Positions 28,436 through 38,901 of a DNA stretch of 64,000 nt are shown one piece after another (position 1 is the stretch's first letter; each line of letters opens with the position of its first letter). The notes under the pieces were generated by a model, which made no database searches, was not told where the DNA came from, and saw only the letters and a program-made list of their open reading frames with translations. A program made the position numbers and the translations under genes. Source of the DNA: Candidatus Heimdallarchaeota archaeon (GTDB lineage: Archaea > Asgardarchaeota > Heimdallarchaeia > Heimdallarchaeales > Heimdallarchaeaceae); the NCBI GenBank assembly GCA_030603365.1, contig JAUVXV010000014.1, forward strand, positions 1 to 64,000, given 5' to 3'.

Positions 28436-29209
28436 ATGATTAATGTGCTAAACAAAAGAAAACTGATATTTGTTGTGTTTTTTTGTTTCTTAATCACTTT
28501 ACCTTATATAAACTCTAATGGAGAAATTACTGGAACAAAAATTTATTCAGATATCGTCACTATTGGAAATTCCTTTGTATGGTATGTTGATAGATATGAT
28601 GTTCATTCAACAACTCGACCCGAAGCTGAACTTGTACTAGAAAAAGGCGATAAGATAAACGTAACAATTATTAACGAACCAAATCTGAATATATCTACCA
28701 AATATGATTTTTGGTTTGGAATAAATAGTTCATATGTAAACTACACGCTCAATGATGGATATCTAGCAAAAAGTGATTTTCATCTCATACCAAAACCGTT
28801 TTTCTACGGATGGATTTACCCAATAAACATAGTTAATGAAACAAGTACTTATGACTATTTTGAATTATATCACGATTTATATGAAAAAAGTGGAGTAATT
28901 CTAACGAAAAACAAACTTACTGAAGATTATTATGAACTTGAAGGAACGATAGATTCGAGTTTCAACAAGGGCTATATCTATAGGAAGTATGATAGAAAAA
29001 CTGGAATTTTACTAAAGTACCAAGAGGATATAGACTTCTTTAATGGATCAGAAATTTTTCTATCTGGAGATATAATTTTTACTTATGAAGAAGAAAGGGC
29101 AAATACAATTTCATATCCAGTCAATACTGTATTATTTAGTGTTTTAGTGTTGTATATATGTATTATAAAAGATAAAAAAAGAAAAGGAAATAGAAAATAT
29201 CAGAAATAA
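28436..29209 (+). CDS. Hypothetical surface protein (signal peptide, C-terminal TM plus basic tail)
   Basis: ATG at 28436 gives MINVLNKRKLIFVVFFCFLITL. Contains YDRKTGILL and ends in a TM plus KDKKRK. The ORF-track start at 28268 overlaps MMPL. Confidence 0.75.
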   Translation: MINVLNKRKLIFVVFFCFLITLPYINSNGEITGTKIYSDIVTIGNSFVWYVDRYDVHSTTRPEAELVLEKGDKINVTIINEPNLNISTKYDFWFGINSSYVNYTLNDGYLAKSDFHLIPKPFFYGWIYPINIVNETSTYDYFELYHDLYEKSGVILTKNKLTEDYYELEGTIDSSFNKGYIYRKYDRKTGILLKYQEDIDFFNGSEIFLSGDIIFTYEEERANTISYPVNTVLFSVLVLYICIIKDKKRKGNRKYQK

Positions 29210-31050
29210 ACAATTCCGATAGCTTTCCAGAAGAAAGGTAGAACAAAAGCGATTAGAAGTAATCCGAAAACATCTACAAGTGACCCTACTTTTGCCATTT
29301 CTTTAACTTCAAATTTTTCAGTACTATATGCTATCATTGTTGGTGGCGTTCCTTGAGGTAGCATGAAATCGACACTTGAACCTATTGCTGCAACTACAGC
29401 TAGTAGTACTGGATCTATTTTGAAAAGGAGTCCTAAGGGTATAACTAAAGGGACTAGAATTGCTGCCGAACCTGTATTAGAAGCCATAAATGTAAGAACA
29501 ATACTAAAAACAGCTATTAGTGCTATGAATACAATACTGCTAGTTATACCGATACCTGCTATTGAAAATGCTATCAAATCTCCAGCACCAGATTCAGTTA
29601 GTATAACTCCCAAAGTCAATCCTCCTCCGAAGATAAGAATAGCATTCCAATTCAAATCGTTTATATCCTTTCCTCTAAGTACTAAACTCTTCTCAAATAT
29701 TGCAGGGACAAACAATAGGAAGGCTGCAAATATTGCAACAATTGAAGAAGAAAATGTTGGAAAGAGATACTTCTTAATTGTTCCTTCTAAGAACCATAAA
29801 GTCAATGCCAAAACAAACACAGAAAGTACATAGATTTGTTTTTTATTTAGATGACCCATATTATCTAACTCTTTCTTAACTGCAGTTTTAGCATTTTTTA
29901 TACTCTCTTTTGGCACTTCAGGTTTGTAAACAAACCAAAGATAAAGCCAAATCAAAGGTAGCATTAGAAGTACTATAGGTAATCCAAAGATAAACCATTG
30001 ACTGAAACTGATAGTTACACCTGCGTATTGAGATAGTAAAGCAATTGCGATGGGATTAGCTGGAGTTCCGATAGCAGATCCTATTCCTCCGAGAGAGGCA
30101 CTATAAGCTATACCTAATATCAGAGCTTTTCCATATTTTTCGATTTTTTCCTCATCAATTGCTTTGTCTACTTTGAGCTTATCAGTTACAGCAACAGCAA
30201 TAGGAATCATGGTTGCAGCAGTTGCAGTGTTACTCATGAACATGGAAAGGAATGCAGTGATCATCATCATCAGAAGCATAAGTATTCGGGGATTATCAGG
30301 ACTTATCCTTACGATATTGAGTGATATCCATTTATCTAATCCCGTTTTATTCATAGCTTTTGAGATGACAAATCCTCCTAGAAACAGAAAGATAACTGGT
30401 TCTGCAAATGGAGCTAGTAATCCTTTGGCACTCAAATTAAGTGCAATAACACCTAATATTGGTATCATCAGACTAGTAGCAACAAGAGGGATAGCTTCCA
30501 TCACCCATAAAACACCAACAACAAACAATAATGTTAGAACTAAGTTTGATTTGTAAGGTAATCTCAATGAAAAAACAATCCATTCTTGGTCTCTGTAATC
30601 TGCTTGTAAGGAAGAAGCAGGAATAGTAAGATCAAGTCCATCTTCTACATCGCTTGAAATAACAACACTGAAATTACCAATTGTTGGTAAGGGATTAACT
30701 GTGTTATTTTGTAAATCGGTTATGGATGCTCTGAATAACAGCTGTTTGTTGTAACCAATTTGAACTTTAGGGGAATAAGCCAACCATAGTGTTAGGTTAT
30801 CTCCAATATCATAGGACTCTGTGATTTCAGGAAATGTAGTTCCATTGAATAGAACAAATGTGAAATTCACTTGTGTATTATACTGATTGGTACCATTGTC
30901 ATAAAAACTATGAAGTGTAGCTTCGTGCAAAGCTTCTTGTTTTCCACCTGCGACTGTACCTTGAACAGAATTCATGGTAAGTGCAATAGCTGTTACAAGT
31001 AATGCTACTGTAACAATAATCTTAATCTTTTCTTGTTTACTTATTTTCAT
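29200..31050 (-). CDS. DASS/SLC13 sodium:di/tricarboxylate or sulfate symporter with N-terminal extracellular extension
   Basis: WVMEAIPL, FLFLGGF, SMFMSNTAT, IAYSASLGG..IGTPAN, SNTGSA and GTPPT. Confidence 0.93.
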   Translation of the reverse strand: MKISKQEKIKIIVTVALLVTAIALTMNSVQGTVAGGKQEALHEATLHSFYDNGTNQYNTQVNFTFVLFNGTTFPEITESYDIGDNLTLWLAYSPKVQIGYNKQLLFRASITDLQNNTVNPLPTIGNFSVVISSDVEDGLDLTIPASSLQADYRDQEWIVFSLRLPYKSNLVLTLLFVVGVLWVMEAIPLVATSLMIPILGVIALNLSAKGLLAPFAEPVIFLFLGGFVISKAMNKTGLDKWISLNIVRISPDNPRILMLLMMMITAFLSMFMSNTATAATMIPIAVAVTDKLKVDKAIDEEKIEKYGKALILGIAYSASLGGIGSAIGTPANPIAIALLSQYAGVTISFSQWFIFGLPIVLLMLPLIWLYLWFVYKPEVPKESIKNAKTAVKKELDNMGHLNKKQIYVLSVFVLALTLWFLEGTIKKYLFPTFSSSIVAIFAAFLLFVPAIFEKSLVLRGKDINDLNWNAILIFGGGLTLGVILTESGAGDLIAFSIAGIGITSSIVFIALIAVFSIVLTFMASNTGSAAILVPLVIPLGLLFKIDPVLLAVVAAIGSSVDFMLPQGTPPTMIAYSTEKFEVKEMAKVGSLVDVFGLLLIAFVLPFFWKAIGIVYF

Positions 31051-31084
31051 TATTTTCCCTCTAATTCATTTTTGGTGGAAACGA

Positions 31085-31975
31085 TTAGTAGAACTCCTTG
31101 GTTATAGCTTCAATTTGTTCTTTGGTTATATCTAAAGAAGCATGAGCAGGAATTATGCCTTGATTCAGAGTGAAATCTCTCTCTTCATAGGTTGTTTTGT
31201 GTTCAATTTGATAGAAGATACCAATTGGGAGATTATCCTTCATGAATCTCTGGTTGGAAAGATCTAAAGCAGCGTAAAAGTCTTCTTTATCATGTTCAGT
31301 TTCTTCCACTTTGTAAACTTTTTCTCTGAAATAATTGAAAGTTTGATTGCGATTGAAAGTGATACAAGGACTGTAAATATCTACGAAAGCAAATCCTCGA
31401 TGATCGATTGCTTCTTTTATGACATAAGTCAAATGTTTGAGATCTCCTGAAAAACCTCTAGCCACAAAAGTAGCACCAGCTGATAAAGCAACAGCGATTG
31501 GATTTATTGGATTTTCAATTGAACCTCTTGGAGTAGTCCTTGTGGTTGTCCCGACAGGAGTTGTAGGACTTGCTTGTCCTGTCGTCAAACCATAAACAAA
31601 ATTATTGGATACAATAGATATTATGTCCACATTTCTGCGACAAGCGTGAAGGAAGTGATTACCACCTATACCATAGATATCTCCATCTCCCGCATAAACA
31701 AGTACTGTAAGTTCAGGATTAGCAAGCCTTATTCCTGTAGCAACTGGAATACCTCGTCCATGAAGTGTTTGAAGACCATAGACTTTTAGAAAATTTGGCA
31801 TATGTGAAGAACAACCTATACCACTAACAGCAACAACTTCTTCTGGTGGGATTTCTAATTCTATTAAAGCTTGTCTAATAGCTCTCCATTGAGAGAAATT
31901 ACCACAACCTGGACACCATGTAGGTTTGAAATTACTCTCATAATCCTTAATTACAAAATTGAAATCATCACTCAA
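31085..31975 (-). CDS. korB: 2-oxoacid:ferredoxin oxidoreductase beta subunit
   Basis: WCPGCG, SGIGCSS, HGR, GDGD..IGGNH, YGLTTGQASPT and SPCITFN. Confidence 0.96.
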   Translation of the reverse strand: MSDDFNFVIKDYESNFKPTWCPGCGNFSQWRAIRQALIELEIPPEEVVAVSGIGCSSHMPNFLKVYGLQTLHGRGIPVATGIRLANPELTVLVYAGDGDIYGIGGNHFLHACRRNVDIISIVSNNFVYGLTTGQASPTTPVGTTTRTTPRGSIENPINPIAVALSAGATFVARGFSGDLKHLTYVIKEAIDHRGFAFVDIYSPCITFNRNQTFNYFREKVYKVEETEHDKEDFYAALDLSNQRFMKDNLPIGIFYQIEHKTTYEERDFTLNQGIIPAHASLDITKEQIEAITKEFY

Positions 31976-33716
31976 TTTTCAGCACCTCTTTTACTTTGGA
32001 TATAATTTGTGACGGCACAATTGGTTCTCCATCCCACCGTCTAAGATTATGCTCAATATTAAATCCTGTTTTCATTCGGATGAAATCTTTCATCTGACCA
32101 GTATAATTCTGTTCAATACAAAGAACTTCTTTTGCTTGTTCTAGAATTTCACTTATTTCTTTTGTATGGAAGGGATTAATGTGCTTAACATGTAGTTGAT
32201 TTGCAGAAATTCCTTCGATTTTGAGGAGTTTGATGGCCTCTCTTACGATATACTTCGTTGAACCCCAGGAGACGAGGGTAATAGGAGTGTTTTCTTCACC
32301 GAATACTTTAGGTTTCTCAAGTTCTTCAAGAATATAGTCCAGCTTTCTCATTCTCTTTTTCACCATTTCTTCTCTGATAGGTAGGGTTTCAGGTAAACCT
32401 GCTAAAGTAGATGCTAAAGATGTTCCTTGTTCATTTCTTTCGCTTGAACCAGTGAAGAACATTCCATTTTTTGTTCCAGGTAGCGTTCTGGAAGAAACAC
32501 CCTTCTCAGTGATTTTGTATCGAATGTAATTTTCATCTGGATTTTCTAATATTTCATATCTTTTATTTTCTCTTACTAAGTCAAGTTTTCGTATTGTTGC
32601 TATCTGTTCAGACAAATAGAGATCTAGCAATATTATAACTACAACTTGATATTTTTCAGAAATTTCGACTGCATCAATACCAACTTGAAACGCTTCTAAA
32701 ACTGAACTTGGAGCCATAATAACTTTAGGAAATTCTCCTTGACTTACTCCATATGCCTGGAAAAGATCTGCTTGTTCTGTTTTTGTTGCCATCCCAGTTG
32801 ATGGTCCAGCTCTTTGAGAGTTAATGACCACTAACGGAATCTCTTCAATTCCTGCCATTCCAATAAGTTCAGTCATTAAGCTAAAACCTCCACCTGAAGT
32901 TCCAGTAGCGGCTCTAGCTCCACAATAGGCTGCACCTATAGCCATACCTACAGCTGCGATTTCATCTTCAGTTTGCTTAACAATCATTCCGAGTGTAGGA
33001 AGATGTTTTGTTAGATAGTGAACAATTGAAGTGGCTGGAGTCATTGGATATCCTGAATAAAATTTCAAACCAGCTGAAATCATACCCAAAGCTAATGCTT
33101 CATTTCCAGTAATTATCATCTGTTGTGCTTTTTCGTATTTATGTTTCTCCCATTTAACTGGCCAATTGTTTTCTGTAGCAAACTTATCTCCTTTCTCCAA
33201 TGCTTCATAATTTGTGAAAATAATCTCTTCTCCTTTTTGACCAAATTGCTCAAAAATAACTTCTTTAACTAGTGTTTCATCTAATCCTAGAATAATACTT
33301 ATGGCACCAAATCCAACAATATTTTTTAACACTTTTAATTTGGAAATATCTTTTGTAATTGCTGCTAATGGAATAGGTAGTTTCTTTATATTTTCAGGAT
33401 ATTCCAGCTCATCTAAATCGATATAATCATTATCATATATTACCATAGCATTTGAGTTTACACGAGTTCTATGAATCCCAGCTACATGTTTGTTGAGTAA
33501 AACGATGATATCCGCATCTTCACCTACAGAAAGAACTTCATCAGTTGAAGCTCGAATTTGATATTCATTATAACCACCACGAATGACTGATTGATAACTT
33601 CTGAATCCAAGAACGTTAAAATTATGTTTTTTGAGAATCTTGCTGAAAAGGTCACCCAAAGAAACTAGACCGTCACCTGCACTTCCAACAAACCGAATAA
33701 TTACATCCTTTGTCAT
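31968..33716 (-). CDS. korA: 2-oxoacid:ferredoxin oxidoreductase alpha subunit (gamma-alpha fusion)
   Basis: GSAGDG, IRGG, TGNEA, YPMTPAT, EDEIAA, TSGGGFSLM and QRAGPSTG..TKTEQ. Confidence 0.96.
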   Translation of the reverse strand: MTKDVIIRFVGSAGDGLVSLGDLFSKILKKHNFNVLGFRSYQSVIRGGYNEYQIRASTDEVLSVGEDADIIVLLNKHVAGIHRTRVNSNAMVIYDNDYIDLDELEYPENIKKLPIPLAAITKDISKLKVLKNIVGFGAISIILGLDETLVKEVIFEQFGQKGEEIIFTNYEALEKGDKFATENNWPVKWEKHKYEKAQQMIITGNEALALGMISAGLKFYSGYPMTPATSIVHYLTKHLPTLGMIVKQTEDEIAAVGMAIGAAYCGARAATGTSGGGFSLMTELIGMAGIEEIPLVVINSQRAGPSTGMATKTEQADLFQAYGVSQGEFPKVIMAPSSVLEAFQVGIDAVEISEKYQVVVIILLDLYLSEQIATIRKLDLVRENKRYEILENPDENYIRYKITEKGVSSRTLPGTKNGMFFTGSSERNEQGTSLASTLAGLPETLPIREEMVKKRMRKLDYILEELEKPKVFGEENTPITLVSWGSTKYIVREAIKLLKIEGISANQLHVKHINPFHTKEISEILEQAKEVLCIEQNYTGQMKDFIRMKTGFNIEHNLRRWDGEPIVPSQIISKVKEVLKIE

Positions 33717-33793
33717 TGAGCTTTTCCTAGCGAGTTAGAACGCTAACAGCTGAAGAAAAAGGTAACTTATAAAATGAACGGATTGACCACAGT

Positions 33794-34924
33794 TTATGCC
33801 ATCCACCAGACTAATAACGTTATTTCAATTGGTAGAAATACAAGCGCTATTAGAGTCAATAAAGCTATGGAACGACTCGTTACCACTTCATCCAATTTGA
33901 AGTATTTTGAAAAAGCTGTATTTGCAACGGCAGGAGGTGCAAGAGTTTGAATTATCATAGCAACTTTCATCCCTGTTGGAATAGGTAAGAAAAAGAGAAT
34001 CACAACTACTAAAATACCTCCACCAAAACGAGCTGTAACATGTCTTAACAAAGCTACTTCTTTCCATTCTTTTTTCTTAGGTAATTTGAAACTCAATCCA
34101 ACTAAAGCTAGCATTATCACCATCGATACATCTTGAAATACCATTGTAGCTATATGATCTCCAATTGAAACTGGACCCATTGCTACCTTAATCAATAAAT
34201 CTGAATTGTAAATATGACTATAAATAAAATCAGCTATTTGGTGTGGAGTTGTTATTGGACCTAGTGATATTGTATCCACTAATACTGGATTTGAGATATT
34301 ACTGTAAACAAAATCTGCAAAATGGTGTGCGATTGTTACTTGACCAATTGAAAATCTGAGTATTAAACCGAGAACCATACCAATCGTCGGGGGAAACAAA
34401 ACTATACCTTTGATAATTTTCCATACCGATCTTTCTTTGGAAGAACCATAGTGTAAACCAAGATAAACCCCAATTGTATTCCGGTAAAGAGTTTGTACAA
34501 TAAGATAAATTGAAGCCGCTAGCAGACCCTCTGCAAGCATGTCACCAGATAGAATACCAATAATAATAGGAAAAGGATAGAAAAGTGCATTCATGAATCC
34601 AGTTGTATTTATCTCTGCGCCCACAGTTGGGTTTGGAAGATTTTTCTTTCTTATCATAATCCAATCTATAAACATAGAAAAAACCATACCAAGGGTAGCG
34701 ATTAGAAAAATGAACCACCAGTTAAGACTAGTTAATGAACCTGTATCCATATCTAGAAAAACCGTGATAAGTAGAACTGGAGTAAGAATGTTTATTCCTA
34801 CAAATAATAGCCATTTACCAGCTTTTTCAGCTTTAGACCATTTCTGTAGTAGAAAACCTCCTGCTATCCCAGCATAGATTATTACTATACGGATAGCTAG
34901 TTCTCCTAGATAATGGATTGCCAT
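33794..34924 (-). CDS. AEC (auxin efflux carrier/malate permease) family transporter
   Basis: About 10 TMs; FMNALFYPFP, FPPTIG, LVGLS and APPAVAN crossover motifs. Confidence 0.8.
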   Translation of the reverse strand: MAIHYLGELAIRIVIIYAGIAGGFLLQKWSKAEKAGKWLLFVGINILTPVLLITVFLDMDTGSLTSLNWWFIFLIATLGMVFSMFIDWIMIRKKNLPNPTVGAEINTTGFMNALFYPFPIIIGILSGDMLAEGLLAASIYLIVQTLYRNTIGVYLGLHYGSSKERSVWKIIKGIVLFPPTIGMVLGLILRFSIGQVTIAHHFADFVYSNISNPVLVDTISLGPITTPHQIADFIYSHIYNSDLLIKVAMGPVSIGDHIATMVFQDVSMVIMLALVGLSFKLPKKKEWKEVALLRHVTARFGGGILVVVILFFLPIPTGMKVAMIIQTLAPPAVANTAFSKYFKLDEVVTSRSIALLTLIALVFLPIEITLLVWWMA

Positions 34925-34984
34925 TGTTTGAGCAAGCTGAGTGAAGTTAATAAATCTTTTATTTGTACTGAAAAGTAAAAAAAA

Positions 34985-36916
34985 TTAAGAGTAAATGCTC
35001 TTGAGATTCTTGAGCATTTCTGCATAAATTGGATGTTTTTTCTCTTCAGCTGTATCCTTTGCTATAATAAACTCACTTAAGTTTTGAGTTGCTTGAATTA
35101 TCAAGGTAGGAGCTGTGGTTTCAATAAGAGGATATCCCTTAATCAGGAAACCTTGTAAGATAGTATTATATCTAATACAGTATCGTGCAAGATTCTTACT
35201 TTCTTCAGCTGGTTTGATAGCTGTTGGTTCTTCTACTTTAAGCCAGTCAAGCGATCCTTGCTTAGATATGGTTATCATCCACAATAATATTGAAAAACCA
35301 AAAAGAGCGGTGCTATTTCCTATTATTACATAATGGTTAAAATATTCGAAAAGCTTTGCAATTTCGTTCAGTATCCCTACATCTTTTTCAAATAATTGTA
35401 GTGACATGATGAAATCTTTCTGAAATTCAGTCAAATTTTTCTTAAGTTTATTATTAACAAGAAGATATTTATCTCTCTCCTGTTTCATCTCTTCGAATGT
35501 TTTGTTGACTATGCCTAATTCGTCAATTATCAGATTATATTCTTTCTTTTTCACAGGAGCTACTTTTAATTCCTTAATGTACTCCTTAGCTATTTCTTCA
35601 AATTCTTTCAGTTTTTCTGCAACTTCTTCATCAGAAACTTCAGTTGAAACATTCTTGGGATCTTTTCCTTGAAAAGCTAATTGTGACTGTTTAACCCATG
35701 AAAGACCTTCCTTTAACACTTCAGGAGTTAGTAATTTTTGAAGGGTTTTGATCAGAATATACTTCTTATCTTTTAGTTTTTTAGCTTGAGATCCTATTAT
35801 AGATAATAGAAATGAGATTGCATTTGGAATAATGTTATATGGATCCAACTGTTGATTTCCACGCATAGCTTGGAATGTCAAATTCTGCTCTATCCATTCA
35901 ATCAAACCACCAGTAATCATCGAGAAAAGAGGATTGAAATTAGTAAACAATGGCATCGAAGCATAGAAATTTGTCATCGAGATAAAAATATCTTGATATC
36001 CAAAACTTGGTGTTTGTTTGTATTTCTTAAAAGTTAGTTGTTTCTCGTCAAAAGTGTATTGCATTGAGTAATAGTATAATAGATGTTTGTTCAAACTCAC
36101 TTGAGTGAAATCTTCAGCTTCAAAATCTTCTCTTTTTTGAATTGCAGCTAAAACATCTGTATTGCTGAACAATTCTATTCTTTCTGCATCTTCGATTGTT
36201 TCTTTAATGGATTCTTGATCCTCAGGATAGAGATTTTCGAGAATTTGAAAGACCCAGTGAATCATAAAATTGTAAAGATATTCTGATTTTCTAAGAATCT
36301 TTCTCCATTTCAACCATTGTTGGAATTTCACAGCGTATAAAGACTCCATTTTCTCTAAATCTTCTTCAGTAATCTCTCTTGCAGAGTAACGTAGTGGATA
36401 AATTGAAACTGGTTTGGATTCTTTAAACAAGAAACTATCAAAATCCTTTACTAATGTGCCAAAAACAAGCTCTAAATCCATAAGAGCATATCTTGTCATT
36501 ATTTTTGCTTCTTTGAAATAATCAGGAAAAGTAGCTCCTCTTTTATAATAAGCTGCTTTTAGTATTTGGTCGAAAATTGGTTGGAAGAACTTCTTTCCTT
36601 CTTCATCCAATTCTTCTAGAATTATCTCTGTTTTAGCTTTCTTATTAATGTAAAATTCAGTCAATAAACCTCCATAAGTACTAGCAGCTAAATCACGATG
36701 ATTAAGATAAACCTCCAGAGCTTTATCAGTTTCCTTTGTTGTTTTCTTTATTTTTGCTAAGTCTATCTCTTCTGGAAGTTCGATAACTTGGCTATTCTTA
36801 TCTTTAGGTAAAAGATATTTACCTCCCTTTTCGAAGACTAAGGCTTTTTTCTTGGTCAATAAACCAAAAGATATCTCAGCCTTTTGTAATGTTCCTTTAA
36901 ACAGAACTACATCCAT
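34985..36916 (-). CDS. Hypothetical protein (643 aa, largely helical)
   Basis: Long ORF with an upstream GAGG-like SD; no recognisable motif. Confidence 0.75.
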   Translation of the reverse strand: MDVVLFKGTLQKAEISFGLLTKKKALVFEKGGKYLLPKDKNSQVIELPEEIDLAKIKKTTKETDKALEVYLNHRDLAASTYGGLLTEFYINKKAKTEIILEELDEEGKKFFQPIFDQILKAAYYKRGATFPDYFKEAKIMTRYALMDLELVFGTLVKDFDSFLFKESKPVSIYPLRYSAREITEEDLEKMESLYAVKFQQWLKWRKILRKSEYLYNFMIHWVFQILENLYPEDQESIKETIEDAERIELFSNTDVLAAIQKREDFEAEDFTQVSLNKHLLYYYSMQYTFDEKQLTFKKYKQTPSFGYQDIFISMTNFYASMPLFTNFNPLFSMITGGLIEWIEQNLTFQAMRGNQQLDPYNIIPNAISFLLSIIGSQAKKLKDKKYILIKTLQKLLTPEVLKEGLSWVKQSQLAFQGKDPKNVSTEVSDEEVAEKLKEFEEIAKEYIKELKVAPVKKKEYNLIIDELGIVNKTFEEMKQERDKYLLVNNKLKKNLTEFQKDFIMSLQLFEKDVGILNEIAKLFEYFNHYVIIGNSTALFGFSILLWMITISKQGSLDWLKVEEPTAIKPAEESKNLARYCIRYNTILQGFLIKGYPLIETTAPTLIIQATQNLSEFIIAKDTAEEKKHPIYAEMLKNLKSIYS

Positions 36917-37013
36917 GTATATTCCTCACTTAAGACTTCCTAAAAGCAGACGGCTAATAAATCTTTATTTCTTCGATAACAGAAAGGATTAAAGAACTAA
37001 ATAAATAATTCAA

Positions 37014-37520
37014 ATGATGAATCAGCAAGAAGCAGTTGAATTTCTTCAAGAAAATCATGAAAAAATGGAGTTTATAATCAACAGCTTACACAAAGAGGAA
37101 ATTGTTCAGCATCATATTGTAAAAGCCTGGACCATCAAGGATATAATCGCACATTTAGCTTCTTGGAATAAAGAATTAAGAAAATCATTTGATTTAATTC
37201 TTGAGAAGAAAGATGTATGGTTCAGAACAAAGAGAGAACACGAGTTTAATAAAATCCAAGTGACAATTAGAAAATCTAAAAGCCTTGAAGATGTAATAGA
37301 TGAGTGGCAAATCTCCTTTAGTCAGTTAATTGAGAGAATAAAGCAATTATCTGAAGAAGAATGGATTTTTGATTCGGGTTTTAAATGGAAGAGTGGACCC
37401 TCTATCACAATCAAATCATTATTTGGTTATAGATATCTTGGATTCGGTCATGAAGGTGGGCATGCTTGGCAAATTGAAGATTATTTTGAAAGTGACAGAT
37501 GTGCTTGCAGAGTTTATTAG
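37014..37520 (+). CDS. DinB/ClbS/DfsB-like four-helix bundle protein
   Basis: WTIKDIIAHLASW, FN.....RKSKSL and C-terminal HEGGHA. Confidence 0.82.
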   Translation: MMNQQEAVEFLQENHEKMEFIINSLHKEEIVQHHIVKAWTIKDIIAHLASWNKELRKSFDLILEKKDVWFRTKREHEFNKIQVTIRKSKSLEDVIDEWQISFSQLIERIKQLSEEEWIFDSGFKWKSGPSITIKSLFGYRYLGFGHEGGHAWQIEDYFESDRCACRVY

Positions 37521-37570
37521 ATGTAGCTTACTCAATGTTTAAATTATGATTCTATTCGTTGTTTTCACTC

Positions 37571-38872
37571 ATGAATCTTGATAAATACCTTTCTAATACA
37601 GGTCGATATGTAAATGAGAATGTTAACCTTGCATCAGGTACACTTGCATGGGGTATGCGAGCTACAAAACGAATGCAAGAATTTCCAGATTTCATAAATG
37701 CTACAACCGGTTCAGCTACAGAAGATAATGGAGAATTAATGGTTTTTCCCACTCTTGTAGAAGAAACCCAAAAACTTACAGCCACCCAGTTATTTGCCTA
37801 CGCTAATTTAAGAGGGAATTCGTCTTTTGTTCATGCTTGGAAAAAAGATACTTTAGAAACTTATCCTCAAGAATTACAAGATATAACTGATAAATTGTCA
37901 ACACTTCCAGTTACTTCCTGTGGTGGATTAACAAGTGGATTGATGGTTGCAAGTCAATTATTCTTCAATCAAAATGACCCCCTTCTAATCCCAAACACCA
38001 GATGGGGAAATGTCGATAATGTATTTCTCAAAAATCAAAGATTGAGGGAAGAAACATACCAACTAGTTGATAAAGAAGGCAATCTTGCATTATCGAGTCT
38101 AATTGAAAAACTAAAATCACTTCAAGGTGCTGAGGATAAAATTGGTATTTATCTCAATTTTCCAAATAATCCATCAGGAATAAGTCCAACATTTGATCAA
38201 GTTAAGGAGTTACAAGAAGCTCTTGTTGAAGTAATCAAACCAACAGTCATTATTATTGATGATGCATACGAAGGTTATGTTTATGAAAATGAAGTTTTAG
38301 ATCATTCAATTTTCCCATATTTAGTAGGTTTAAATGAGAATGTTCTCCCAGTGAAAGTTGATGGACCTTCCAAAAGATTTTGCGCATATGGAGCACGTTT
38401 AGGGATGATTACTTTAGGAATGGGTGTGGAAACAGAGGATTCAAAGAAAGCTGAAATTAGAGAGATGATTGCGAAAATTGCTCGATCTAATACATCGAGT
38501 TCACCTAGAGGGATTCAAGAAGCTTTAACAAATATACTCACAGAGCCAGTGAAAAAACAGAAGATTCTTCAAGAAAAACAACGTAATTTAGATGTCTTGA
38601 AAAAAAGGTACCAACTTGTTAAAGAGTATGTAGAATCAAACGAAAGCAAATTACTGTATCCGGTAAAATTCAATTCTGGTTTCTTTAGCTACTTCTTGTT
38701 GAAGACACAACAAACTGCAACTGAAATATCAACAAAACTGTTGGAAAAGGGATTAGGTACAATACCTTTTGTCAATGAGAAAAATGGTTTGAATGGAATA
38801 AGGGTTGCTTTCTGTTCCATAAGTACTGAAAAAATAAATGAAGCATTAGACATACTATATTCTGTAGACTAA
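37571..38872 (+). CDS. PLP-dependent aminotransferase class I/II
   Basis: INATTG, LNFPNNPSG, DDAYEG, KVDGPSK (PLP Lys), GARLG, FNSGFF and IRVAF. Confidence 0.93.
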   Translation: MNLDKYLSNTGRYVNENVNLASGTLAWGMRATKRMQEFPDFINATTGSATEDNGELMVFPTLVEETQKLTATQLFAYANLRGNSSFVHAWKKDTLETYPQELQDITDKLSTLPVTSCGGLTSGLMVASQLFFNQNDPLLIPNTRWGNVDNVFLKNQRLREETYQLVDKEGNLALSSLIEKLKSLQGAEDKIGIYLNFPNNPSGISPTFDQVKELQEALVEVIKPTVIIIDDAYEGYVYENEVLDHSIFPYLVGLNENVLPVKVDGPSKRFCAYGARLGMITLGMGVETEDSKKAEIREMIAKIARSNTSSSPRGIQEALTNILTEPVKKQKILQEKQRNLDVLKKRYQLVKEYVESNESKLLYPVKFNSGFFSYFLLKTQQTATEISTKLLEKGLGTIPFVNEKNGLNGIRVAFCSISTEKINEALDILYSVD

Positions 38873-38901
38873 TAAAAAGAAAAAGAAGAAGAAAAGAAAT
38901 T

